Positions 28,435 through 39,588 are shown, numbered from the stretch's first letter. The stretch is 64,000 nt of DNA from Terriglobales bacterium (GCA_035651775.1 DASREY010000229.1:5507-69506); one strand, 5' to 3'. Made by a program: numbers and translations. The notes: generated by a model from the letters alone, not told the origin.

Positions 28435-31400
28435 TTATCGCGCCGCAGCCGCCCGCTCCGCTTGCAGATGTTGCAGCGCGCGCACGCTGATCTGCCCTTG
28501 CTGCAGTGCGGCAATTCCATCGGCGGCGGCCAATGCTGCGGCCAGGGTAGTGATGGTTGGGATCCTCTGCGTTACCGCCGCTCGCCGGATCGCTTTCTCA
28601 TCGAACCATGGGTCGGGGCCATAGGGCGTATTAATGACGAGCTGAATACGGTCGCCCTTGATCAGGTCCACCACATTGGGCCTTCCCTCCTGCACCTTGT
28701 ACACGCGATCGACCACCAATCCAGCCTTCTCCAGAACCGCTGCCGTGCCATGCGTGGCCACCAACTTGAAGCCCAACTCGAAGAAGCGCCGGGCCATTTC
28801 CGCAACATGCGGCTTGTCGCGTTCATTAACGCTCACGAACACCGTTCCACTGCGCGGCAAGGTCTGCCCGGCTGAGAGTTGAGCCTTGGCAAAGGCCTCG
28901 CCGAAGTTATCGGCCACGCCCATGACTTCGCCCGTCGATTTCATCTCCGGACCCAGGACCGTATCTACTCCGGGGAATTTGTTCCAGGGAAAGACCGGCG
29001 ACTTCACGTAGTAGCAGCTTCCTGTTCCCAAATCGGACTTGCGCTCGATATTTTCCGGAAGAAACTCGCGCAGTTTGCGCCCCGTCATCAGGCGCGCGGC
29101 AATCTTCGCGAGAGGCACCCCTGTGGCCTTGGAGACGTAGGGCACAGTACGCGATGCGCGAGGATTCACCTCGATCACATATACCGTATCGCGCTGAATG
29201 GCGAATTGGATATTCATCAACCCAATCACCTTCAGGGCACGCGCCAGTTTGAAGGCGTAGTCGCGCATTGTATCCAACAGGTGGGGAGCGATGCTCACCG
29301 CGGGCAGCACGCAGGAGGAATCTCCTGAGTGGATGCCGGCCTCTTCAATATGCTGCATGATGCCGGCAATCACTACGTCTTCGCCGTCGGAAAGCGCGTC
29401 CACATCGACTTCAATGGCGTCTTGCAGGAAGTGGTCCACCAGGACAGGCCGCTCCTGCGAATATTCCACCGCCTCTTTCATGTAGCGGGTCACCGTGTCT
29501 TCGTCGTAGGCAATCACCATGGCCCTGCCGCCCAGCACATACGAAGGCCTCACCAACACCGGGAACGTAACCTTGCGCGCCCCGGCAACGGCCTCTTCTA
29601 CGCTGGTGGCCATCGCACCCGGCGGCTGGGGGATGTTCAGGTCTTCCAGCAGCTTGCCAAAGCGCTTGCGGTCCTCCGCCAGGTCAATGGATTCCGGCGA
29701 GGTTCCTATGATGGGAACACCCGCCGCCTTGAGAGGAAGAGCGAGATTCAGGGGCGTCTGCCCGCCAAATTGCACGTTGACGCCGATTTGCGCGCCGCTT
29801 GAGGCCTCATGTTCATAAACGGCCAGCACATCTTCCAGCGTCAGCGGCTCAAAGTAGAGGCGATCGCTGGTGTCGTAGTCGGTCGAGACCGTCTCCGGAT
29901 TGCAATTCACCATGATGGTCTCGTAGCCATCTTCACGCAGGGCAAAGGCCGCATGGCAGCAGCAGTAATCGAATTCAATTCCCTGCCCGATGCGGTTCGG
30001 CCCGCTTCCTAAAATGATAACTTTCTTTTTCGCGGTAGGCTTGGCTTCATCTTCCGTTTCGTACGTCGAATATAAATAAGGCGTGAAGCTTTCGAACTCG
30101 GCCGCGCAAGTATCCACGTGCTTGTACACCGGCGTGATGCCGTACTTCTTGCGCAGGTGCCGCACTTTTTCCGCCGAACCTTTCTCGCCGGCAATACGCC
30201 AGGTATCGGCCAGCCTTAGATCAGAGACACCCATGCGTTTGGCCTGACGCACAACCGCTTCCGGCACTGACTCGATAGGATGTTTTTCCAGCTCAAGCTG
30301 CATGTCGGTGATTTCTTTCAATTGATAGAGAAACCAGGGATCGATCCCGGTCATCTTGGCCAGCTCTTTCACCGTGAACCCCTGGCGCAAAGCATAGCGA
30401 AGATAGTCAATGCGCTCCGGATGCGGAGTCACCAGCCGTTGCGTAAGAATTCGCGGCTCGATCTTCTGAGCAACGGAGCGTTTGCCTGTCTCAAGCGACC
30501 GCAGACCTTTCATCAGCGCTTCTTTAAAGGTGCGCCCAATGGCCATCACCTCGCCGACGGACTTCATCTGCGGCCCCAGGCTCTCATCGGCTCCTGGGAA
30601 CTTCTCGAACTGCCACTTGGGAATTTTAACCACCACGTAATCGAGTGTCGGCTCGAAGCATGCCGGGGTCTTGCGCGTAATGTCGTTGCTGATCTCATCC
30701 AGCGTGTAGCCCACAGCCAGCTTGGCCGCGATCTTGGCAATGGGAAAACCTGTGGCTTTGGAGGCCAAAGCGGAAGAGCGCGAGACGCGCGGGTTCATCT
30801 CGATTACGGTCATGCGCCCGTTGCTGGGATGCACGGCAAATTGGATATTCGAGCCGCCGGTCTCGACCCCGATTTCGCGGATTACTTTAATCGCCGCATC
30901 GCGCATCGCCTGGTATTCGCGGTCGGTAAGCGTCTGCGCCGGGGCGACGGTAATCGAATCCCCGGTATGCACGCCCATGGGATCGAAGTTCTCGATCGAG
31001 CAAATGATGATCACGTTATCGGCGAGATCGCGCATCACCTCGAGTTCATATTCTTTCCATCCCAGCACCGATTCTTCGATCAGGACCTGGTGCACCGGGG
31101 AAAGATCGAGGCCCCGCGTGACAATTTCCAAAAGCTCCTCGCGGTTGTAGGCGATGCCGCCGCCAGAGCCGCCCAGGGTGAACGAAGGACGAATGATGAC
31201 CGGAAACCCAATCTTGCCGGAGAAGTCCAGGCCGTCTTTCAAGTTATTCACAAGTGCCGATTTGGGAACATCAAGCCCAATCTTCTGCATGGCATCTTTG
31301 AATACGAGGCGGTCTTCGGCCTTGTTGATGGCGCGAATCTTGGCGCCGATCAACTCAATATTGTATTTTTCCAGCACACCTGCATCGTCAAGCTCAACGG

Positions 31401-31713
31401 CAAGATTCAAAGCCGTCTGGCCGCCGACCGTGGGCAGCAACGCGAAGCCGCGCCCGCCGCACATTTCCGATTCAATGCGAATGATCTCTTCCACATAGGT
31501 GCGGGTCAGCGGCTCGATGTAAGTGCGGTCGGCCATCTCCGGATCGGTCATGATGGTGGCCGGGTTTGAGTTCACCAGCACAACCTCATAGCCCTCGGAC
31601 CTCAGCGCCTTGCAGGCCTGGGCACCCGAGTAGTCAAACTCGGCCGATTGGCCAATGATGATCGGCCCCGAACCAATGATTAGGACTTTTGATATATCAG
31701 TACGGCGTGGCAT
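28435..31713 (-). CDS. carB: Carbamoyl-phosphate synthase large subunit
   Basis: ORF 28435..31758 trimmed to ATG 31713 ([22 protein letters not shown]). Two ATP-grasp halves and a C-terminal MGS-like domain are recognisable. Confidence 0.96.
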   Translation of the reverse strand: MPRRTDISKVLIIGSGPIIIGQSAEFDYSGAQACKALRSEGYEVVLVNSNPATIMTDPEMADRTYIEPLTRTYVEEIIRIESEMCGGRGFALLPTVGGQTALNLAVELDDAGVLEKYNIELIGAKIRAINKAEDRLVFKDAMQKIGLDVPKSALVNNLKDGLDFSGKIGFPVIIRPSFTLGGSGGGIAYNREELLEIVTRGLDLSPVHQVLIEESVLGWKEYELEVMRDLADNVIIICSIENFDPMGVHTGDSITVAPAQTLTDREYQAMRDAAIKVIREIGVETGGSNIQFAVHPSNGRMTVIEMNPRVSRSSALASKATGFPIAKIAAKLAVGYTLDEISNDITRKTPACFEPTLDYVVVKIPKWQFEKFPGADESLGPQMKSVGEVMAIGRTFKEALMKGLRSLETGKRSVAQKIEPRILTQRLVTPHPERIDYLRYALRQGFTVKELAKMTGIDPWFLYQLKEITDMQLELEKHPIESVPEAVVRQAKRMGVSDLRLADTWRIAGEKGSAEKVRHLRKKYGITPVYKHVDTCAAEFESFTPYLYSTYETEDEAKPTAKKKVIILGSGPNRIGQGIEFDYCCCHAAFALREDGYETIMVNCNPETVSTDYDTSDRLYFEPLTLEDVLAVYEHEASSGAQIGVNVQFGGQTPLNLALPLKAAGVPIIGTSPESIDLAEDRKRFGKLLEDLNIPQPPGAMATSVEEAVAGARKVTFPVLVRPSYVLGGRAMVIAYDEDTVTRYMKEAVEYSQERPVLVDHFLQDAIEVDVDALSDGEDVVIAGIMQHIEEAGIHSGDSSCVLPAVSIAPHLLDTMRDYAFKLARALKVIGLMNIQFAIQRDTVYVIEVNPRASRTVPYVSKATGVPLAKIAARLMTGRKLREFLPENIERKSDLGTGSCYYVKSPVFPWNKFPGVDTVLGPEMKSTGEVMGVADNFGEAFAKAQLSAGQTLPRSGTVFVSVNERDKPHVAEMARRFFELGFKLVATHGTAAVLEKAGLVVDRVYKVQEGRPNVVDLIKGDRIQLVINTPYGPDPWFDEKAIRRAAVTQRIPTITTLAAALAAADGIAALQQGQISVRALQHLQAERAAAAR

Positions 31714-31760
31714 ATTAGTTTTTTTTAGCCTTGTATTGAATAATATTCGCTCCCGCAATC

Positions 31761-31826
31761 CTCCGCGTCTCAGCGCCTCCGCGGTAATTCCCCAATCAGC
31801 GTTTATCCGCGTTCATCCGCGGCGAA
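31761..31826. repeat. Composite short-period repeat (CCTCCGCG octamers plus GTTYATCCGC decamers)
   Basis: cctccgcgtctcagcgcctccgcgg ... gtttatccgcgttcatccgcggcgaa. An 18-mer, gcgttcatccgcggcgaa (31809-31826), recurs reverse-complemented at 55776-55793. Confidence 0.8.
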
Positions 31827-31835
31827 AATTTCCTT

Positions 31836-32249
31836 TCAATTCCTTGTCACCTCAAATGCATTGCACTCAATTCCCAGCAAGCGAACTTTAATCTCATGGC
31901 TTGCATTCTGCGAACGTGGGGTAACACTTGCCAGCAATGTCCTTTCGAATCTTGCGGCTTTGATCTCAAGAAAATACGTTCCCGGCCTGATGGATGAAAG
32001 ATCAAAAGCGCCCTGGGAGTCGGTCGAAACCGAGATCAGCGATTTTGCCGTCTTGCGCCAAATCTGGCTATTGGGACGCTGAACGGCGGCGAAAAATCTG
32101 ACCTGGGCGCTGGCCACCGGCTGGTTCGAAAAATTGACCAGCACGCCGCGCGCGGCCTCAATCTCTCCTGGTGGAGTCGGCACGCAACTGGCAAAAAGGA
32201 CGGCGGAGAGTGGAATCACGAACACAAGAGCTGAGATTCCCCTCCTCAT
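31836..32249 (-). CDS. Small lipoprotein, carboxypeptidase-regulatory-like beta-sandwich
   Basis: 137 aa; [22 protein letters not shown] lipobox-like N-terminus; [23 protein letters not shown] pattern. ATGA overlap with the carA stop. Confidence 0.7.
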   Translation of the reverse strand: MRRGISALVFVIPLSAVLFASCVPTPPGEIEAARGVLVNFSNQPVASAQVRFFAAVQRPNSQIWRKTAKSLISVSTDSQGAFDLSSIRPGTYFLEIKAARFERTLLASVTPRSQNASHEIKVRLLGIECNAFEVTRN

Positions 32250-33379
32250 TTGCCGTGAAACTCCTCCATCATCTTTATGAAGTCTTTGAACAGGTAATAG
32301 GAGTCATGTGGACCCGGCGAAGCTTCCGGATGATATTGCACGCTGAACAAGGGCAGATTCCTGTGACGCAGACCCTCGAGCGTGTCATCGTTCAGGTCAA
32401 TATGGGTCTTTTCAACTTCGCTCTCGGGCAACGAATCCGGATCGACGGCAAAGTTGTGGTTGTGCGCGGTGATCTCAACCTTGCCGGTCAGCAGTTGTTT
32501 CACGGGATGGTTGCCGCCATGATGTCCAAATTTGAGCTTGTAAGTTTTGCCGCCAAGCGCCAGGCCGATAAGCTGATGTCCGAGGCAGATGCCGAAGATA
32601 GGCGTGCGTCCCATCAAGCGGCGGATATTATCGGCCGCGTAGGTGCACGGCTCCGGATCACCCGGGCCATTGGAGAGAAAGACACCATCGGGTTTCAGTG
32701 CGAGCACGTCTTCCGACTTGGTTTCAGCCGGAACCACAGTGATGCGACAGCCCTCGGAGGCCAGCTTGCGCAGAATATTGTGCTTGATGCCGAAGTCGTA
32801 CGCTACAACATGAAAGCGCGCGGGCTCGTCTTTGACGCCGACCACCTCTGTAGGCTCATGCGAGCGCTCACCGGTCTCCCAGACGTAGCGCTGCTTGGTG
32901 GTAACGACCTTGGCGAGGTCGGTGCCATCCATCTTGGGGATAGCACGCGCCTTGGCGACTAGCTTATCAACGTCACTTTCGAGCGACGAGATAACGCCCC
33001 GCATGACGCCCCGGTCGCGCAGATGGCGGACAAGGGCGCGAGTGTCAATATCGGCGATGACGGGAATCTTGAAGCGCTCCAGATATTCGTCGGCGACTTG
33101 CTGCGAGCGCCAGTTGGAACTCACCGGAGAAAACTCGCGCACAATCAGCCCCTCGATATAGGGACGGGTCGCTTCATTGTCTTCCGGATTCGTTCCGTAA
33201 TTACCGATTTGAGGATTGGTAAGAACAACAATTTGCCCGGCATAGGAAGGATCGGTGAAAATTTCCTGATATCCGGTGATGGAAGTATTAAAAACAACTT
33301 CGCCGTAACATTCTGCTTTGGCGCCGTAACCTTTGCCGTGGAAGACCCTACCATCTTCCAGCGCAAGGAGGGTTTGCAT
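32246..33379 (-). CDS. carA: Carbamoyl-phosphate synthase small subunit
   Basis: 377 aa; [20 protein letters not shown]-terminus and GATase triad region ([19 protein letters not shown]). Confidence 0.96.
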   Translation of the reverse strand: MQTLLALEDGRVFHGKGYGAKAECYGEVVFNTSITGYQEIFTDPSYAGQIVVLTNPQIGNYGTNPEDNEATRPYIEGLIVREFSPVSSNWRSQQVADEYLERFKIPVIADIDTRALVRHLRDRGVMRGVISSLESDVDKLVAKARAIPKMDGTDLAKVVTTKQRYVWETGERSHEPTEVVGVKDEPARFHVVAYDFGIKHNILRKLASEGCRITVVPAETKSEDVLALKPDGVFLSNGPGDPEPCTYAADNIRRLMGRTPIFGICLGHQLIGLALGGKTYKLKFGHHGGNHPVKQLLTGKVEITAHNHNFAVDPDSLPESEVEKTHIDLNDDTLEGLRHRNLPLFSVQYHPEASPGPHDSYYLFKDFIKMMEEFHGK

Positions 33380-33406
33380 TCGATCTCCAAGACGTGGATT
33401 TTATTG

Positions 33407-33435
33407 ATTTTAGCAGAACGCGGGTTGAACCACAA
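33407..33435 (-). promoter_or_regulatory. Possible sigma-70 promoter for carA
   Basis: Minus strand TTGTGG-17 nt-TAAAAT, about 28 nt upstream of the carA ATG. Weak -35. Confidence 0.3.
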
Positions 33436-33601
33436 AGCACGCATGCAGGAAGACACCTGGGGCTTTAGTGATGAACGCAGATTACTGGAATTTCACTGTG
33501 GAGGGCAAACAAAATGGCTCGGCAATAAAAGTTGCAAGCTTCTATGTGTGGGTCGGATAAGCTCTTACTTTTTGGCTCTTAGCTGTTCTATTCTAGTAAC
33601 T

Positions 33602-34309
33602 ATGAGTTCGACACAGGCGAAGACCACAATTCAAAAAGAAAATCATACTAAAGACCAATGGACTGCGGTTGACCATTACATCGGCGATCTGCTGGTGCAG
33701 CACGATCCGGCGCTTGATGCCGCGCTGGAGGCGAGCACGGTAGCGGGGTTGCCGGCAATCCAGGTTTCACCAACCCAGGGCAAGCTGCTGCACCTTCTCG
33801 CGTTGAGCCACGGCGCACGCAATATTCTCGAACTGGGCACCCTCGGCGGCTACAGCACGATCTGGCTGGCGCGAGCGCTGCCTGCCGACGGACGGCTGAT
33901 CACGCTTGAAGCTGACGCCAAGCACGCCGAAGTCGCCCGCGCAAATATCGCGCGCGCCGGTCTGGCTAGCGTGGTCGAGCTGCGCCTGGGACGGGCGCAG
34001 GAAACCTTGCCGAATCTCGCAGCCGAGAAGCGCGAGCCGTTTGATTTCATATTTATTGATGCCGACAAGACAGGATATCCCGAGTACTTCACCTGGGCGC
34101 TCAAGCTCTCGCGGCCGGGAACCATGATCATCGCAGATAACGTGGTGCGTAAGGGAGCCGTGGTTGACGGCAGCAGCAGCGATGCCGACGTACAAGGAGT
34201 GCGGCGCTTCTACGAACTGGTGGCCCGTGAGCCGCGTGTGAGTGCAACCGCGATCCAGACCGTAGGAAGCAAAGGATATGACGGCTTTGCCATGGTGGTG
34301 GTGAAGTAG
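33602..34309 (+). CDS. Class I SAM-dependent O-methyltransferase (caffeoyl-CoA OMT-like, Methyltransf_3)
   Basis: ORF 33023..34309 trimmed to ATG 33602 (MSSTQAK...). ILELGTLGGYSTIWLA, FDFIFIDADK. The upstream part of the ORF is antisense to carA. Confidence 0.88.
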   Translation: MSSTQAKTTIQKENHTKDQWTAVDHYIGDLLVQHDPALDAALEASTVAGLPAIQVSPTQGKLLHLLALSHGARNILELGTLGGYSTIWLARALPADGRLITLEADAKHAEVARANIARAGLASVVELRLGRAQETLPNLAAEKREPFDFIFIDADKTGYPEYFTWALKLSRPGTMIIADNVVRKGAVVDGSSSDADVQGVRRFYELVAREPRVSATAIQTVGSKGYDGFAMVVVK

Positions 34310-34336
34310 TTCTCGGTTCTCAGTTCTCGGTTCTCA
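34309..34336. repeat. Heptamer tandem array, GTTCTCR type (4 units; reverse complement of the CTGAGAA type)
   Basis: gttctcg gttctca gttctcg gttctca, starting in the OMT stop codon. Confidence 0.9.
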
Positions 34337-34386
34337 GAAAAGTCAAAACCTGCCGCAGATCAACCCCGAAGGGTGACGCATTATAG

Positions 34387-34406
34387 CCCAGCGCTTCAGC
34401 GCTGGG
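34387..34406. repeat. Perfect 8-bp hairpin between convergent genes
   Basis: cccagcgc-ttca-gcgctggg. No flanking T-run. Confidence 0.7.
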
Positions 34407-34551
34407 TGCACGCAAGAGTAATGTTAGTCCCGTAGGGAACGACGCCTTTCGAGTTCTCACGCAAGCTCGGAAGGCCTGCGCAAGGGTAGAAACCGATACC
34501 GAGCCCCCGTAGTGCCACACAAACCTGGGATACTGCTAATCCTAAAATGGT

Positions 34552-35616
34552 TCAGCAATTGGCGTTGAGCGTTTCGCTTTTTTTCGTTTGTGATGCCGGG
34601 GTTCCCTGCGCGCAGAACAACTCTGCAATCTGCACGGCGTTGAGGGCGGCGCCCTTCAGAAGCTGGTCTCCGGCGACGAACATTGAGATCGAACGGCCGC
34701 TGGGGTCGCTGGTGTCCTGGCGAATGCGGCCCACCAGGATCTTGTCCTGGTTGCTGGCATCGATCGGCATGGGAAAGTAATTCTTCTGGCGGTCATCCAC
34801 GACCTTCACCCCGGGAGCGTCTTCCAGCAACGCGCGCACGTCAGCCGGCGAGATAGGATTTGCGCATTCAAAGGTAAGCGATTCGGCGTGCGCTCGCAGC
34901 ACCGGCACGCGCACGCACGTTGCGGAGATGGCAATGTGAGGATCGGAAAAAATCTTCCTGGTTTCGGCAACGATCTTCAGCTCTTCGCCGTTGTAGCCGC
35001 TGTCCAGGTCAACCGCCGAATCATGGTTGAAGACATTGAAGGCGTAAGGATGAGGCAGGACTTTGGGTGTATAGGTCTGGCCCTCCAAAAACGCTTTGGT
35101 AGATTCGCGCAGCTCGTTCATGGCGGGCGCTCCCGCGCCGGAAGCAGCCTGGTAGGTGCTGATAATGAGGCGGCGGATTTTGTATTTTTTGTGGATCGGC
35201 CACAGCGGCGTAATAGCGATGATGGCGCAACAGTTCGGATTGGCGATCAGCCCCTTGTGGCGGCGCACCGCCTCAGGATTAATCTCAGGGATAATCAGCG
35301 GAATATCAGGCGAGAGCCGGTAGGCGGAAGAATTGTCAATCACTACCGCTCCGTGTTTGACCGCGATGGGCACATAGGTGCGCGCGGTCTCATTGTCCAC
35401 GGCGAAGAAGGCGATATCCACGCCCTTGAGCGACGGCTCGGCCAGCTCTTCCACCAGGCGCTCGGCATTGCGAAAGCGCACCGTGCTTCCAACCGAACGC
35501 TTGGAAGCCAGCAGACGGATTTCGGAAATTGGAAAATTGCGGCGATCGAGGCACTGCAACAACTCCGTACCAACGGCGCCAGTGACGCCGACGATTGCAA
35601 CTGAATAGCCTGACAT
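34552..35616 (-). CDS. asd: Aspartate-semialdehyde dehydrogenase
   Basis: ORF trimmed to ATG 35616 (MSGYSVAIVGVTGAVG; GGGAGA SD). NPNCCAI active-site Cys region. Confidence 0.93.
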   Translation of the reverse strand: MSGYSVAIVGVTGAVGTELLQCLDRRNFPISEIRLLASKRSVGSTVRFRNAERLVEELAEPSLKGVDIAFFAVDNETARTYVPIAVKHGAVVIDNSSAYRLSPDIPLIIPEINPEAVRRHKGLIANPNCCAIIAITPLWPIHKKYKIRRLIISTYQAASGAGAPAMNELRESTKAFLEGQTYTPKVLPHPYAFNVFNHDSAVDLDSGYNGEELKIVAETRKIFSDPHIAISATCVRVPVLRAHAESLTFECANPISPADVRALLEDAPGVKVVDDRQKNYFPMPIDASNQDKILVGRIRQDTSDPSGRSISMFVAGDQLLKGAALNAVQIAELFCAQGTPASQTKKSETLNANC

Positions 35617-35639
35617 ATGAAATCTCCCCAATACAGTTT

Positions 35640-35710
35640 CCAGCTACTAGCTATCAGCTTCGAGCTGTATCAAATCGCTTTTTAGCTCTTAGCCCGTAGC
35701 TTTTAGCTGG
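35640..35710. repeat. Inverted pair of AGCT-core heptamer arrays
   Basis: cagctac tagctat cagcttc gagctgt ... tagctct tagcccg tagcttt tagctgg. Arms are 20/28 complementary; the AGCT cores pair and the 3-nt linkers do not. Confidence 0.85.
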
Positions 35711-35717
35711 CATCACC

Positions 35718-35762
35718 TTTACTTCTTACTCTTCTTACTTTTTACTTCTTACTTCTTACTTT
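35718..35762. repeat. Heptamer tandem array, TTCTTAC type (about 6 units)
   Basis: tttac ttcttac tcttcttac tttttac ttcttac ttcttac, just downstream of the hom stop. Confidence 0.85.
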
Positions 35763-35777
35763 CCCCAGCCGGCTTCC

Positions 35778-37073
35778 CTACTCGCTGGCAATGCGCAACA
35801 GCAGCACAGGTTGAAGCAAACAATCCAGCTTGTTGATTTCTTTCACGACTCTGCGTATCTCCGGCTCCGGCGTCGGTTCGACGGTAATCACGAAAGAAAG
35901 CTCTTCTTTCGCCATGTTGGGCTGCTGCAGCACCGCGTCAATATTCATCCCCGCCTTGGATATGATTTGCGCCACATGCGCCAGAATTCCAGGACGGTCG
36001 CTTACGGTGAGCCGCAAGTACCAGCTTGCCGGGCTGAAAGTTTTTGCCAGGGGAAGCGGCTTCATCTCCTGAAAGCCGTGCAGTTCCCTGCCGCGTAGCG
36101 CACCATTGGCCATGCTGCGGCCGATTTCTACCAGGTCTGAAATTACCGCGGTGCTGGTGGCGCGCGGGCCGGCGCCGGGGCCATAGAACATCTGGCGTCC
36201 GATGCGTTCGCCCACGAGAAACACGGCGTTGTTCACGCCTTCGGCCTTGGCCATCATGCTGCGGCGGTGCACAAGCCACGGGCGCACCGAAATTTCCAGG
36301 CCATGCTTGCTGAGTTCCGCGTAGGCTATCAGGCGGATGGTGCTCTTCAACATGCGCGCATAGCAGAAATCAATGGCGGCAATGCTGCGGATTCCGTCCG
36401 TGGGAATTTTGTCTTCACGCAGCCAGCCATGAAAGGCGAGGCGGGCAAGAATGCAGAGCTTATCGCGCGTATCAATGCCATCCACGTCGGAAGATGGATC
36501 GGGCTCCGCGTATCCCGCCGCTTGTGCCTGGCTCAGTGCCTGCTCAAAGCTGAGGCCGTTGCGTTCCATCTGCGTAAGGATGTAGTTGGTGGTCCCGTTG
36601 AGGATGCCATAGACCGCTTGCAGGCGGTCTCCGGTCATGCCATCGGTGATGGCGCGGACCACCGGAACGCCCCCGGCGACAGCAGCTTCGATGCCCACAG
36701 GAATATTTTTTTGCGCTGCCAGGGCCTGGATCTCGTGTCCATATTTGGCGAGCAGGTTTTTGTTGGCGGTGACCACAGGCTTGCCGCTTTCGAGCGCGCC
36801 CAAAACAACTTCGCGGGCGGCTTCGGTGCCTCCCATGGTTTCGACAATCAGATCAACGTTCGCATCGCGGACAACCTGTTTCCAGTCTTTAACCAGGCGC
36901 ACGCCCGCAGGCAGTTGCTTGGCAGCAACCGGAGTCCGGCGGCACACAGCCACAACCTGCAGCCCGACCCCGGCGCGCTGCTTGATCTGCTCGGCGTTGG
37001 CTATAAGGCTGTCGGCAGTAGCCTGCCCTACGTTGCCGAAGCCGACGATGCCGATTCTTATATTCTTTGTCAT
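35778..37073 (-). CDS. hom: Homoserine dehydrogenase
   Basis: 431 aa; IGIVGFGNVG NAD site, catalytic domain and C-terminal ACT domain. ATGA overlap with the thrB stop. Confidence 0.94.
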   Translation of the reverse strand: MTKNIRIGIVGFGNVGQATADSLIANAEQIKQRAGVGLQVVAVCRRTPVAAKQLPAGVRLVKDWKQVVRDANVDLIVETMGGTEAAREVVLGALESGKPVVTANKNLLAKYGHEIQALAAQKNIPVGIEAAVAGGVPVVRAITDGMTGDRLQAVYGILNGTTNYILTQMERNGLSFEQALSQAQAAGYAEPDPSSDVDGIDTRDKLCILARLAFHGWLREDKIPTDGIRSIAAIDFCYARMLKSTIRLIAYAELSKHGLEISVRPWLVHRRSMMAKAEGVNNAVFLVGERIGRQMFYGPGAGPRATSTAVISDLVEIGRSMANGALRGRELHGFQEMKPLPLAKTFSPASWYLRLTVSDRPGILAHVAQIISKAGMNIDAVLQQPNMAKEELSFVITVEPTPEPEIRRVVKEINKLDCLLQPVLLLRIASE

Positions 37074-38116
37074 GCTTTTTTGCTCTTCGTTCTTGCTTTG
37101 GAACCTGCCGGTTTCATGGTTTCGCCTGCGCCGTGTTTTTCGATCTCTGTGGGGATCAGTTCGGCCTTGTGTCCGCGCTCCTTAAGATGAGCGCCGACAA
37201 ACTGCATGATCTGCCGCATCGAAACCGTGGGACTCAACAGCAACAGCACCGACGGGCCGGCGCCACTTAACACGACGCCCAGAATTCCCTTCGCGCCCGA
37301 GAGCTCGCGCAACTCAGGCAGCAGCGGACACAGCGAAGCGCGATAGGGCTGGTGGAGCTCGTCTTGCACCGCATATGCCAGCAGTTCGTCCCGCCCTTGC
37401 GCAAAGGCGGCCGCCAGCAGCATTGCAGACTGAATATTGGCTACTGCCTGAAAGCGAGAAAAATCGGCGGGCAGCACGCGGCGAGATTCTTCCGTGGGCA
37501 GAGCTTCTTGCGGCACAACCAAAAGCAACGGCCAGGATTTTTTGATAGCGACTTTGTAGGCATACAGGCTCTGGTTTCGAGCAGCGCTCTGTGAGCTCCC
37601 ATTTTGACTATGGCTTTGCGGTTTCTGCCACTGCGAAACGGCAAAGCCGCCCAGCCAGCAGGCAGCGACGTTATCGGCATGTCCTTCACGCTTCGCCGCC
37701 TCTTCCATAATGCGCTCGGCAGGCCAGCGCAGGTCGCCGAAGTGCACGGCAAGCGCGATGCCGGCAAGACGGGCAGCAGCCGATGAGCCGGTTCCCTTAC
37801 CGATAGGCATGCTGTTATTCACTTTGAGTGCAAGCGCCAGCGGAGCCTTACCCTCGGCCTGCATGACGTCCTTATACGTTTCAAGAATCAGGTTGCGCTC
37901 GAGCTTGCCGCAAATTTCCCGGTCGCGGCCGGTGGCGGTGATGGAAAATTCCGCTGCAACAGCGGCATGGACATTCAAATGAAGCTTCAAGGCCAAAGCA
38001 GCGGAATCAAAGGCGGGGCCGAGGTTGGCCGACGTAGCGGGCAGAACCAGATTGAGCGGAGCAGAATATTTTTTCATTCCCCGCTTCATATCGGCTTTCA
38101 TATCGGCGCTCTTCAT
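37070..38116 (-). CDS. thrB: Homoserine kinase
   Basis: 348 aa; GHMP kinase motifs (PATSANLGPAFD, PIGKGTGSSAA). ATGA overlap with the thrC stop supports the start. Contains a low-complexity insert (QKPQSHSQNGSSQSAARNQ). Confidence 0.9.
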   Translation of the reverse strand: MKSADMKADMKRGMKKYSAPLNLVLPATSANLGPAFDSAALALKLHLNVHAAVAAEFSITATGRDREICGKLERNLILETYKDVMQAEGKAPLALALKVNNSMPIGKGTGSSAAARLAGIALAVHFGDLRWPAERIMEEAAKREGHADNVAACWLGGFAVSQWQKPQSHSQNGSSQSAARNQSLYAYKVAIKKSWPLLLVVPQEALPTEESRRVLPADFSRFQAVANIQSAMLLAAAFAQGRDELLAYAVQDELHQPYRASLCPLLPELRELSGAKGILGVVLSGAGPSVLLLLSPTVSMRQIMQFVGAHLKERGHKAELIPTEIEKHGAGETMKPAGSKARTKSKKA

Positions 38117-39471
38117 GCGAGTGCCCTCGCCGGTTCATTGGTAAAGCGCTCCAGCACTTCGATTACCGATTTGGGATTCGCGTCTGCCTGAATAGGAGGA
38201 TTACAGAACGACTTCATGGCGGCGGAAGCCTCAGGCAAAAGCTGGCCACTGTGGAAGCGGATGACATAATCGGCATCTTTAAGCACATGGCCGGTAAGCA
38301 TCATGACCACGGTCTCATTGGGTTTTACGAAACCCTGCTTGCACAGGTTATACAAGCCCGCCAGGGTCACCGCCGATGCCGGTTCGCACCCAATACCCTC
38401 GGCGCCAAGTTGCGCTTTGGCGGCGGCGATCTCCTGTTCGCTGACGTATTCGCAGGCGCCGCCGGTCGAGCGCAGAACGTTCACCGCTTTTCTCCACGAA
38501 ACCGGACTGCCAATGCGAATAGCCGTTGCCAGGGTCTCGGCTTTGACCGGGACAAGCGATTCGCCTTTAGTCTCTTGCATGGTGCGCACCAAGGCCCGCG
38601 AACCTTCCGCCTGAATGATGGAAACTTTGGGCAGAGTAGAAATAAAACCGAGCTCATGCAGTTCTAAAAGAGCTTTCCCAATTGCGGAAGAGTTGCCGAG
38701 GTTGCCCCCGGGAACAATCACGTGGTCAGGCACCCTCCAGCCCAATTGCTCAAGCATTTCGACAGCCGCAGTCTTTTGCCCTTCAAGGCGGTAAGGGTTG
38801 GCGGAGTTGACAAGGTAAACCGGAGCTTGCTGTACAACCTCACTCAAAATCTTCAGGCATTCGTCAAAGTCGGTGGGCAACTGGCAAACTACGGCGCCGT
38901 ATTCGAGTGTTTGCGAAAGCTTCCCGACAGAGATTTTGTCTTGCGGCACAAGCACCAGGCATCGCATTCCGGCGCGGGCAGCGTAGGCGGCCATAGATGA
39001 AGATGTATTCCCGGTAGAAGCGCAGGCCACCCATTTGACGCCCAACTCGCGTGCCTTGGAGATGACCGTAGTCATGCCCGTATCTTTAAACGACCCAGTA
39101 GGGTTCATGCCGAGATGCTTTACATAAAGCTGCTCTACCCCGCTCTGGCGCGCGCTCTGGTGAAGCCTGTAAAGTGGCGTATTCCCTTCCGCCAGGGTGA
39201 CGGCATTGTTGATATCAGACAAAATAGGCAGCAACTCGCGAAAACGCCACACGCCGCTTTGGTCCAGTGCATCGAGCGAGGTACGGCGCTGCTGCCAGAG
39301 ATTTTTAAGCGCAACCGGATTGGGCTGCTGGCTGCCTCGTTTTTGCCACGTCGGATAGACCGCCTCCAGCAACTCGCGGCATTTAGTGCAGCGAAGGTCT
39401 GCCGTGGGCGCGCCTTCAATGGATCCGCATCCCATGCAGCGCAGTTGCGCGATATTTTGTTTTCTAGCCAT
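38113..39471 (-). CDS. thrC: Threonine synthase
   Basis: 452 aa; N-terminal Cys-rich (C-x2-C twice) segment, PLP Lys region (NPTGSFKDTGMT), GNLGN. Confidence 0.94.
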   Translation of the reverse strand: MARKQNIAQLRCMGCGSIEGAPTADLRCTKCRELLEAVYPTWQKRGSQQPNPVALKNLWQQRRTSLDALDQSGVWRFRELLPILSDINNAVTLAEGNTPLYRLHQSARQSGVEQLYVKHLGMNPTGSFKDTGMTTVISKARELGVKWVACASTGNTSSSMAAYAARAGMRCLVLVPQDKISVGKLSQTLEYGAVVCQLPTDFDECLKILSEVVQQAPVYLVNSANPYRLEGQKTAAVEMLEQLGWRVPDHVIVPGGNLGNSSAIGKALLELHELGFISTLPKVSIIQAEGSRALVRTMQETKGESLVPVKAETLATAIRIGSPVSWRKAVNVLRSTGGACEYVSEQEIAAAKAQLGAEGIGCEPASAVTLAGLYNLCKQGFVKPNETVVMMLTGHVLKDADYVIRFHSGQLLPEASAAMKSFCNPPIQADANPKSVIEVLERFTNEPARALA

Positions 39472-39479
39472 AAAAAGCA

Positions 39480-39507
39480 GTTCTCAGCTCCCGGTTCTCA
39501 GTTGCCA
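39480..39507. repeat. Heptamer tandem array, GTTCTCA type, inside the lysC-thrC spacer
   Basis: gttctca gctcccg gttctca gttgcca. Confidence 0.8.
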
Positions 39508-39588
39508 GCCATCGTGTCTCAGGTACAACACATCATTCTCTGGAGCTTGCTCAAAAACAGGTTTGTATTTTTCTAGCCAACCTACTTC

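Noticed and set aside
30280-31569. 429-aa plus-strand ORF
   Set aside because: Lies entirely antisense within carB. Arg/His/Gly-rich, low-information sequence typical of shadow ORFs in GC-rich coding DNA.
33023-33601. N-terminal 193 codons of the 428-aa ORF ending at 34309
   Set aside because: This part is antisense to carA. The O-methyltransferase domain begins at the internal ATG 33602.
36267-37190. 307-aa plus-strand ORF
   Set aside because: Antisense shadow of hom. No recognisable domain.
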